This document shows, in pieces, positions 16,788 through 28,144 of a DNA stretch of 64,000 nucleotides. The stretch lies in assembly GCA_964016885.1 (NCBI GenBank), contig OZ024744.1, positions 75,268,001 to 75,332,000 on the forward strand, given 5' to 3'. The translations under genes were made by a program, and so were the position numbers. Source of the stretch: Eledone cirrhosa. Its lineage: Eukaryota. The notes under the pieces are model-generated. The model searched no databases. It was not told the DNA's origin and saw only the letters and a list, made by a program, of their open reading frames with translations. Positions within the stretch are counted from its first letter, which is position 1. Each line of letters starts with the position of its first letter.

Positions 16788-17000
16788 TGATGGCTGCCCC
16801 CCTCGTTATGAGTATGATCATTGCACAATATAACATTATTAATAATTATCAATTAATTTTATCGTGCAATGCCTGTGCGTGAAGATTTTTTTTTTAAAGT
16901 GGGGAAAGGCTGTGCACTGAGCCAATCCCACTCTCTGAGCGACAGAACTATAGCCCGAAAAGAAGAAAAGATCAACATCATCGGTAACTACTGAACCGCA
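16788..17000 (-). mobile_element. Unclassified ~200-bp interspersed repeat ending in (TATG)n
   Basis: gatggctgcccc...aagaagaaaagatcaacatcatcggt recurs at 46868-47190 and 47505-47686, always directly after a (CATA)n tract. Confidence 0.7.
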
Positions 17001-17448
17001 GGTTTTATGTCGGAGTTATCCTAGATTCCTGAGTTGCCATCTCATACATACATACATATATATATATATATAGAAATAGTATTTCGCTTCAAGCATAGCT
17101 TTATACAAATATGTATAGAAAATGCGTATTTCTAAAGAAATACGGTTTTAGGAAGCCGTAGCTATGCAAACACCGGAGATAACGCCCTCTGGTGGTGTCC
17201 AGCAGAAGCAAGGAGGACAACCATCTATGCATTACAGGTTTTACAGGCCTTCCTCAGGACGGTCCTTCCCACAGCTTGCGACTACTGGACTTGAAAACAG
17301 TCAAGATTATATAGTTTTCTCGTCTGTGTAAATGAGGTGATTAATCTCATTTGCATATGAAGCTGCATAAGTTGGCTCAACTTATAATAGAATAGAAATA
17401 GTATTTCGCTTCAAGCATAGCTTTATACAAATATGTATAGAAATTTCG

Positions 17449-17495
<47 letters not shown>

Positions 17496-17533
17496 CTAAT
17501 CTGAAGTTTCACCAGTGTATTCGCAGACTAGAT

Positions 17534-17565
<32 letters not shown>

Positions 17566-17632
17566 TATCTATCTATCTCTCTCTCTCACAGACACACATA
17601 CATATGTACGCACACATATATATATATATATA

Positions 17633-17729
17633 CAGCGTTGTGCCCCAAAATGTTTACTACTTTGAGTACCTACATAGGCAATATTTATTAGAATGTTGTT
17701 ATGTGTATACATTTTGGGAGAAGAGCCTG
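17633..17729. mobile_element. Tc1/mariner-type mini-MITE in (TA)n
   Basis: Imperfect TIRs cagcgttgtgccccaaaatg / cattttgggagaagagcctg with TA on both sides. Confidence 0.55.
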
Positions 17730-17758
17730 TATATATATATATGTGTGTGTGTGCGCGC

Positions 17759-17789
<31 letters not shown>

Positions 17790-18180
17790 CGTGAGTGCGT
17801 GTGTGTGTGTTTATAAACTCATCGAACATCATTATTAATGCTCGATATAACGCATACGTACATATGCATATGTATATATGTATGTGTCTATATATATGTG
17901 TGTGTACGTGTGCATACATACATATATATACATAACGTTTTTAAATTTGTTTTGCAAGATTTCTCATCTGAAAACGTGTGTTGAAACAGATATCATTATA
18001 CAATAAAAAATGACAACAACATATACGAGTGTTTTTATTGGCAGCATGAACCTCCCAAAGCGTAACTATATATATATATATATATTGTTATACTTTGGGA
18101 GTGTCAAGTTGCCAATAAGAAACGAAATATATATATATAAGAGAGTATTGAAGTTTGCTTGAAGCATTGTGGAATAATAA

Positions 18181-19694
<1,514 letters not shown>

Positions 19695-20658
19695 ATGTGT
19701 GTGTGCGTGTGTGTCTGTATGTGTGTGCGTGTGTATATATATATATACATACAATTGATATTAAATAAATGGAAACTATATTTATAAAACCATATTTATT
19801 CTATTACATAAATATCTCTTATACATATATATATATATATATCTTATACACACACACACGCATATATATATATATATATATGTGTGTATGTATATATACG
19901 ATTAGTTGGTAAGTTTCCGTGAAATTCCCCTCATAAGTAGCACGCAGTTTGATAGAACCCGAAAGAACATTGTTATGAATGGAACTCCTTAATTATCCAT
20001 TCCTAAATTATATATACATTTATCACAAACATTCCTACTTTGAAAAGAAAATACCTTCTCATATATATTTATACATCTAATGTCACCTAAATATTACAAT
20101 CATTTCTAAATTCCTTGATTGAAAACAATTTTTAATATTTTGTGAATATTAAAAGGTCTCGTTTAGTGCAATGGTACATAGCGCTGATTTGAGGTGTACC
20201 GAGATCGATTTGCTGTGGCGGCTGCTGACCAATTTTACCGTCGGTATGATTTTTTATCCGATTTCCTAAAGCTGTTCTCCTACGTTCCAGATTTTCTTCT
20301 TTTCTAAAAATACATCTCATATATTGTTCTATATTATTATGAAGATATTAATATTTCATTGAATGATAATATGTTTTAATAATCAATTATCATTTTTGTT
20401 CGCTCACAATATGAGGTCAATATTGCATTGTTATGATTTTAAAGCAGACGATTCTATCCCGTTTTTCCCTTTCATGGGTTTTATATGGCTAACTCGTCCG
20501 AATATTTTATAGTCAGACCCTCACTTATGTCCAGTCGCTAAAGCCTAAGGGTATTTTACCCGATGTTCTAACGCTATTATCATTATCATTATCATTGTAG
20601 CGACGTTGTGCTTCGATATCAATACTTTCAAATTTTAAATCATCAAAGTGCGTCGATA

Positions 20659-20659
20659 A

Positions 20660-20724
<65 letters not shown>

Positions 20725-20729
20725 CTATC
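20659..20729. repeat. (TATC)n tract at the 5' junction of Tx1 element 1
   Basis: Seen directly. Confidence 0.97.
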
Positions 20730-20943
20730 TCTGGGATGGACACACGCGTATAACTTGCTGAGTAAGTTCTGTTTAAATTTCTATAGAAATTCTTGTCTGT
20801 AAACTTTAATTTTTGTACCATTTTGTAGAGGGACTGCCAGGTCAAACTTTGATCTGGTCAGTCTCTCAAAATATTCTACGCCTTTAGGCGAAATAGTTAA
20901 ACAAAAAAAGTTTTTTCTTGTTGAAAAGTTAACATTTTTTAAA

Positions 20944-22199
20944 ATGGCTGAAGCTTCTTCACCAAAATTCGAAGGAGGAAAGGGGAAGGTAAACTTACAT
21001 TTCCCCCTGCCACTGTCACAGTAGCAAAGGTCAAAAAGAAAGGCCAGCCAGAGGAAGGATTTTCTCCACCTGTTGACCGACAACTTGACGTTGCCATGGC
21101 AACAACCCAAAGAACCAGCGGCACCAGCAACAGCAACAACAACAACAATGCGACGGACGAAAACAACACCAATAACAATAACAACAACAACACCAATAAC
21201 TGTGATAACAACAACACCACCAACTACAACAGCAACACAAACAAAATAAATTTCTCCTTCGCCGAGACGGCAAGGAAAACCCTCGACTATCTGCCAGTAG
21301 ATATAACCAAAGCGAAGGAGCCACTGGCAGATGCCAAAAAATATATAGTGTACGGGGAAAATGGTTCATTCACGATCCATCCCCCCCCCCCCGCCCCGGA
21401 ACTAAAAGGCCAGAGACTCCTAAACATTGTCATGTTTAGGACAATCTCGAATAAAAGCAAAAAACCAGCTCAACCATCACAGAGTGAGATAGAGCTGGTT
21501 TTAAAAGACGTCATGAAGGACATCACATCACCTTCATTCAGAAGGATAGACTCTACGGGAGTCTATCCATTCTCATGAAGGACAGGGACACAGCAGTGAA
21601 ACTGTCCATCAAACCAATCACATCCACCGCATACACCTTCTACCCTACGTACATGGGTAGAAGAACACAAAAAATAAAAATCCACACCATCCTGCCGATT
21701 ATGGACATATGGTGGGTTTTGACAGGTTTCCTGGACCTGGATGATGACTCGCTGGTGTCCATGGGAAAGGCATCGGGTGACGCGTTCAGTGGAACGAGCC
21801 TCGAACTTGTAGTTCAAATGAGGCCCGAAAGGATCGCCCAGATCCCTGAACGCGTCATACTGGATGATCAAACTTTCATCACAATCACAACTGAGGGTAG
21901 GCGGCCCTCGTGTTACCTCTGCGGAACCAGAGGTCACCTGAGGGCTGTCTGTCCCCAACTTAATAAGAAAACCCCAATCCTGCCTACACCACCAACAACT
22001 GCACAACCAACACAATCATTAACCGCGTCCTCCTAAAAAACTACCCCACCCCTCCTCAAACAACCACACAACTCCAAACTCCCCAACCACACAACACACT
22101 GATGCCCCTACACTTCCACAAACCACCACCCCACCAAACAACCCATCCCCCACCCTAATGGAAATTGTGCAGCCCGATACCCGGGACGCAGAGAGGTAA
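20944..22199 (+). pseudogene. Element 1 ORF1 (gag-like, CCHC zinc knuckle), frameshifted and internally deleted
   Basis: ORFs 21096-21578 and 21575-22036 align with element 2 ORF1. It lacks roughly 650 bp that element 2 has before aaccgcgtcctcctaaaa, and ends MEIVQPDTRDAER*. Confidence 0.85.
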
Positions 22200-22223
22200 G
22201 TGCCTTTTCTCTTCACCACCAAC

Positions 22224-25200
22224 ATGGCTATGCTAAGAGTAGGCTGTTTAAATGCGCGTGGCCTGGGCTCAACTTGGAAGCAAGCAATGCTTCTAAATGA
22301 CCTTAGGTCACAACGTATAGATGTGATGGTTATTTGCGAGGCCCGGATCAGCAACGTGCGGCAGCTGGCCCCCACCTTTTGATGACTTTGAGATGCACGC
22401 ATCTCTCTGTCAGCCCGGAGGTGGGGGTGGGGTTGTCGTTCTGCTGCAAAAACATCTGGGTCTCGCAACACAGATGGTACATTTGGACCCGGAGGGTCGA
22501 CTAGTGGTTCTGGACCTTGGCAGTGGTGAAGGCGGAGCGTTTAGGTTGGTAGCCGCCTACGGCCCTTTCGGGTCAATGCGGCCGGACTTCTTCCATCGTC
22601 TGGAGACTTTTCTAGGGACGTCCCGCTCCTTGCTATTAGTGGGGGACTGGAATGGTATCCTAGATGCACGCTGGGACTACGTAGGGGCCTGTCCCGATAG
22701 AGAGGGGTGTAATAGCCTCAAAGGGTTAATCGGTCGATTTGATCTGGCCGATAGATATCGACTAGATTTTCCGCCTGCGCCAACCTGGACTTGGGCAAAT
22801 CGTAGCGGATCATCTAGGTCGTACCTAGATAGGTTCTTAGTTAGAATTAAGGATAAGGACTTTTTAAGTTGTCCAAAAATGCGCATGGTTGGCTATTCAG
22901 ACCACAAGTTAGTGACCGGCAAGTAAGGTTTACAGGAACCGGATTAGCACTTTAGTTAAGGAGCGGTTGACGGGGGCCATCGACAACAGCAGGTGGTGGG
23001 GATCTCTCAAAAGAGAGATTAGAGTAGTCTCTATAGAATTTAGTAAGGAGTTAGCCTCCAATAGAAACAGGAAGGAAAGGGAGGTGGTAGATAGAGTAGA
23101 AGAGGCAATTAGAAGCGGCGACGTGGCCAGATTGCTAGCATCGAGAACGGCCCTGGGCCTGTTCTTCGACGCGAAACACGAAGGCTGTATCGTCCGAAGC
23201 AAAATACGTGCTCTGGGAAACGAGGGGACCAAAGATGTTAGCTGGGCCCGCGTGACAGAAGCCAAAAGAGGGAGCAGATCCACTATCCGGTCTTTGCGAG
23301 ACCGGGATGGACGGGTGATCCTTGAACCTAAGCAGATGTGCAGGCTTTTCAAAGGCACTTTGCCGGATTGTTCGGAAGGGGGGGGGGCGGTTGGGGATGT
23401 GGACTTTGGTCATACCTCGACGGCCTGCCGCGTCTCTCGGACAGGGAGACGAAGTCCTGCGAGGAGCCGATTTCAGCCGCTGAGATAGAGGACGTGCTGA
23501 GCCAATGCGGCAAACGCAAATCCCCGGGTCTCGATGGTCTTCCATACGAACTATATCTAGCTATGCCGGACTTGTTCCCCGAACTCCTCGAGGCGGTCTA
23601 CTGCAACTGGCAACAGAACGGGAGAATTCCCTGTGCTGTGACCAAGGGCGTAGTCACGCTAGTGAGGAAGGACGATATAAATAATAAAGGACGATATAAA
23701 TAATAAAGGGGGACGATATAAATAATTTCAGGCCCATAACTCTGCTAAATACAGAGTTACAGATTTTGGCCAAGGTGCTAGCAAAGAGGTTGGCGCTTGT
23801 CGTGGGCAACCTGGTGGGAGATGCGCAGACATGTGCTATCCGGTCCAGGTCCATCCACGACAACCTCTACCTCATGCGATTCATCATAGAGAGGGTTGGG
23901 AACGAACCCGGCTTTGGTGGGGCCCTGATCAACTTGGATCAATCTAAGGCATTCGATAGGGTCGACCTTGGTTACCTGGATGCGGTGCTAGCGGCGGCAG
24001 GCTTCGGGCCCGTTTTCAGGGGCTGGATCAATGCCATGCACAGCAGCCGCATCTGCTCTAGGGTCAAGGTGAACGGCTACCTCTCGGAGCCTTTCGAAAT
24101 CGCGCGGTCCATCCGAAATGGGTGCCCTCAATCCTCCCTTCTGTATGTAATGACTCTAGAGCCACTGCTGCGGAAGTTGGAGTTGTTGCAGGGCATCCCG
24201 TTGGAACCGGGATTGCAGAAAGCGGTGTCAGCCTACGCCGATGACGTAACAGTAATGGTGTCGACGGCCTCGGAAATCGGGGCGATTGGCACCTTACTGG
24301 AGGAGTACGAAAGGTTTACAGGGGCCAAGCTGAACCGGGACAAATCAATCGGTCTGCAACTAGGCACGTGGAGGGGCAGATCGATGCCCTCCGATGGCGT
24401 CGTCGGGCGCTGGACGGAGGGCCCGGTGAAGTTGCTCGGGGTCTGGTTCGTACCAGACCTCCAGGTGGAGAAGAACTGGAGTGAGGTAACGAACAGGGTG
24501 TTTGCACTGACCCAGAAGTGGGCCGAGTGCAAACTGTCCCTGAAAGGTCGGGCGGAGGTGGCGAACACTTATATAGCGTCCGTCATCTACTACCGTCTGA
24601 CCGTTGTGCCTTGCCCAAGTGAAACGCTCGCCAAAATGGAGCGCGCACTCTTCCAATTCCTTTGGAAGAAGCGGGCTCCTATGGTGAGGAGATCCATCTG
24701 CTGTCAACACCCTTCGAAAGGAGGGCTGGGGATGCCGTGGCTAATGATACGTAAACACGCATTAAGGCTACGGCACCTTCAGGTATTCCTCTCCGGTCAA
24801 CCGGTGTGGGCCCCGTTTGCGAGGCGAGCCTTTCCCAGACTCGTCTCACTCACGGAGCTGCAATCCTGGGTCAAGCAAAGATCGAGAAAACTGGGCGCCT
24901 GGCACACCGAGTGTGCCCAGGCGCTCACGGCTCTCTGGCAGGCGGACCCGGCTGTCAGTGGAGAATCCACCTCGTCATTCTATAGAGGGCTGGTGGTTAG
25001 CAGGTGCGACGACGCCCTCGGAGAAGCCCTAGGCATGGAGGAAGACGAACTGGCCAACTTGTTCGGTAGGACATTCAGCCCGGGACCCATGGATAGCTTC
25101 CAGAGGTCCCTGGCCTGGCAATGCTACAGAAGGGCTCTGCCCCTTCGAGAAAGGCTCTACAGACACGGGCGCCCGGGTAGGGACCCCTCGAAAAAGATCT

Positions 25201-25625
25201 GTCCCAGATGCGTGTGCGACGAGGAAACCGTTGCACACGCATTGGTACACTGCTCGGGCATTGCCGATCTGTGGGGCTATGTCGAACAACTGCTGCCAAT
25301 GGTGGGACCGATCCGGTTGACCACCGAGTCTATTGTAACGATCAAGCCGCCTCCCCTCTTCAAAAACGAAGGAGAGGCGGTGTTTCTGTGCGTAATAGCC
25401 ATGGCGAAAGAGGTTGTATGGTGGACGCGTCTGAAAGGACTGAGGTCAGACACCTTTCTCGCTGACCAACAACTGGTCCGTTTCTTCCGATATCATTTCG
25501 GAAGAAGGATCAGGATGGAGAGAGAGGTGCTGCACCCCAGCCGTTTTTATGAAAGATGAGTGAAAGTGGCGAAAGTGGCGAGAATGGCCCGTGTGAATGG
25601 GCCTTCACTCTACATCAGACTATAT
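22224..25625 (+). pseudogene. Element 1 ORF2 (APE endonuclease-RT-CCHC), disrupted; longest open piece 23766-25559
   Basis: LDQSKAFDRV, SIRNGCP, AYADD, KLLGVWF, GGLGMP, CPRCVCDEETVAHALVHC. Confidence 0.93.
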
Positions 25626-25888
25626 GTGAGGAAGATGAACGACCAAGGGAGCACCCCTTCTCTGTGCTCCTGAGGAAAAGGGTTGCACACTTTTTTTCGG
25701 GGGGGGGGGCGACCCCTCAAGGCGCCTCCTCTCTATTGAGGATTTTGGTATACATTTTATTCTGTTATATTTTATTTTATTTTTATATTTTGTTATTGCC
25801 TCCTCCTTATTGAGGACGCCTTGTTTTGTAAACTCCCCCCATTGTACTTGTCCCACTTTTGATGCCCTGGTGGCAAATAAAAGAAACA

Positions 25889-25916
25889 TATCTATCTATC
25901 TATCTATCTATCTATA

Positions 25917-25947
<31 letters not shown>

Positions 25948-25952
25948 TTATC
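25889..25952. repeat. (TATC)n spacer between elements 1 and 2
   Basis: Seen directly. Confidence 0.97.
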
Positions 25953-26191
25953 CATTCTAGCTGTCGTCTGTTCGATAGCGTAGACGTAATTCACTTCGCG
26001 CAGAAGTTTTATTCCAATTTATTGCGGAAATTTTGTAAGTTTAATTTTAATTTTGATACTATTGTGTAGTTGACCCCCCGTTTGAACTGTCAGGCGGTGG
26101 GTCAGCTCATTTTCGTCCCTCCCATGGTTGAAAAACCTGTTTTTAAAAAATTTTGTTGCATAAAATTTCAATCGTTTGGGAGAAATGTTAA

Positions 26192-28144
26192 ATGCAGCTA
26201 ACGAAAATAGTGCTGGGGGGGGGGACAGCGGTAAGAGTTGTAAGCTCGCACGCTTTAGTCCCCCCTTCCTTCCCAACTAACGTGATAGAGAAGGAAAGGA
26301 AAAATAAAATAAAAACAGACGAATGTGCGGAGAAAAATGTCGAGGAAAACACAAATCTGGAGATTGATTCCAACAACAACAAAAATTTGAAAGAATTGCA
26401 TGACAATATTAATACCACAGACAAAGAAACAACAAACACAAAAATAACATTTGAAAACAACAACATCATAACAGAAAGCAAAACAGACGACAAAGTCAAC
26501 ACCAATAACATCTCATTTGCACAAACAACAAAAAAATCTTTAACGTACATACCTGAAAATATTTCAGATGTGGCACAAAGAATAAAAAACGCCAAACAAT
26601 TCATAACTCAAGGGGAAAATGGAGCCTTGTCGGTAAAAATGCCCCAAGAACCCACCAAAAATATTGAATGTCGGACGGTCGTTTTCCGCACCATCAACAA
26701 CATCTCAAAAAAGCCGCAACAACCAACACAAGTAGAAATTAAAGCGGTACTTAGAGAAGTATTTAATGAAGCCACTTTCATAAGAAGAGATAGGCTGTAT
26801 GGAAGCCTGGCCATTATTATGAAGAACGAATCGGCGGCGAAAAAATATGCTTTGTCGCCGATTCGTTCGACAAATTTTACCTTTTATCCATCTTATATGG
26901 GTAAAAGAACTCAGCGCATATGGCTGCATGTGATGATGCCAGATATGGACTACTGCTGGCTCATAGCTGGCTTCATCGATCCAGCGAATGACAACGTGAT
27001 TTCCATTGGGAAAACCACAGGCAATGCGTTCAGTGGAACAGGTATAGAACTTGTAGTGCAAATGAAGCCTGAACGCATTGCCCAAATACCCGACAGAATC
27101 CTATTAGAGGGCCACGGGTATATAAACATTAGCGTGGAGGGGAGAAGGCCGTCCTGTCATATCTGTGCAGGCAGAGGGCACCTGAAGGGGGATTGTCCCC
27201 AACTCAACAAGAAGAAAACCCTGCTACCAACACCAGCTCCACCACCACCACAACAGATAAACAAACAACAAAACTCAGTCCTACCCAACCCGTCCCTCAG
27301 TAAAACTACACCACCACCACAGCACAAACAGACACAACGTATTACCCAAAAACAAAACAGAATCCCACCCAACCCCTCACTCAATAAAACAACACGACCA
27401 CCACAGCCACAACACACAACACAGTCTAACATAGTGACATCCATCTCCCCCACAAAGAAAACTAACACGGAAACACTACCAGCAAACATACCTCTTCCCT
27501 CCAACACTGAAGATAACCCAACGAATTCGGAGGAAGAAACGGAGTCCTTTAGACAGATTAAAAGGAAAAAAAGAAAACATGTGCAAAACACACAAGGCCA
27601 AACAGCCCCTACCCAAATGTCAACACAATCCAACAAAACACAAAATACCCCTCCACCAACAAACAAAACCAAACCTGCCCCTCCCCTCTTCGAAACACTC
27701 ACACCATCCGAAAAAAAGACATTACACTATACTTACATCAACAGAAACAATAATAAATTAAATGAACTCATAAACAATAACCCTTCGGTACAAACCGAAG
27801 GTGTAAACTTTGTTTTTTCAGAAAACAACCCACAATTAAAATTAATAAAGATCCCAATGAACCTCTACCAAAAACTAAAAAAGGATTTTAAGGAGGACGT
27901 AGGACCACCCTCTGTCAAACCCATAAACCGCGTCCTCCTAAAAAGCTTTCCCCTTCCCCTTCCCCTCCCCAACACAACTCCAAACACCCCAACGCCACCA
28001 CACACTGACGACCCCACACCACCACAAGACATCCCTTCACCCAACACCTCCGACCCATGGAAGTTGTGCGACCCGAACCCCGGGAAGCAGAAAGGTAGGT
28101 CTCTACACTCTCCTTTGGCTTTGCCGCCCACATGGATGTGTTAA
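26192..28144 (+). CDS. Element 2 ORF1, gag-like nucleic-acid-binding protein (CCHC knuckle)
   Basis: Open 650 codons with CHICAGRGHLKGDC, a P/Q/T-rich linker and a conserved C-terminal block. By comparison with other copies the true end is probably MEVVRPEPREAER* (stop 28096-28098) in another frame. Confidence 0.85.
   Translation: MQLTKIVLGGGTAVRVVSSHALVPPSFPTNVIEKERKNKIKTDECAEKNVEENTNLEIDSNNNKNLKELHDNINTTDKETTNTKITFENNNIITESKTDDKVNTNNISFAQTTKKSLTYIPENISDVAQRIKNAKQFITQGENGALSVKMPQEPTKNIECRTVVFRTINNISKKPQQPTQVEIKAVLREVFNEATFIRRDRLYGSLAIIMKNESAAKKYALSPIRSTNFTFYPSYMGKRTQRIWLHVMMPDMDYCWLIAGFIDPANDNVISIGKTTGNAFSGTGIELVVQMKPERIAQIPDRILLEGHGYINISVEGRRPSCHICAGRGHLKGDCPQLNKKKTLLPTPAPPPPQQINKQQNSVLPNPSLSKTTPPPQHKQTQRITQKQNRIPPNPSLNKTTRPPQPQHTTQSNIVTSISPTKKTNTETLPANIPLPSNTEDNPTNSEEETESFRQIKRKKRKHVQNTQGQTAPTQMSTQSNKTQNTPPPTNKTKPAPPLFETLTPSEKKTLHYTYINRNNNKLNELINNNPSVQTEGVNFVFSENNPQLKLIKIPMNLYQKLKKDFKEDVGPPSVKPINRVLLKSFPLPLPLPNTTPNTPTPPHTDDPTPPQDIPSPNTSDPWKLCDPNPGKQKGRSLHSPLALPPTWMC

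Larger units (their letters stand above)
20730..25888 (+). mobile_element. Tx1/L1-clade LINE, element 1 (near full length, disabled)
   Basis: ORF1 pieces with CYLCGTRGHLRAVC; ORF2 pieces with APE motifs (CLNARG, GDWN, SYLDRF, SDH), RT and C-terminal CCHC; ends aataaaagaaacata followed by (TATC)n. Contains frameshifts and internal deletions. Confidence 0.95.
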
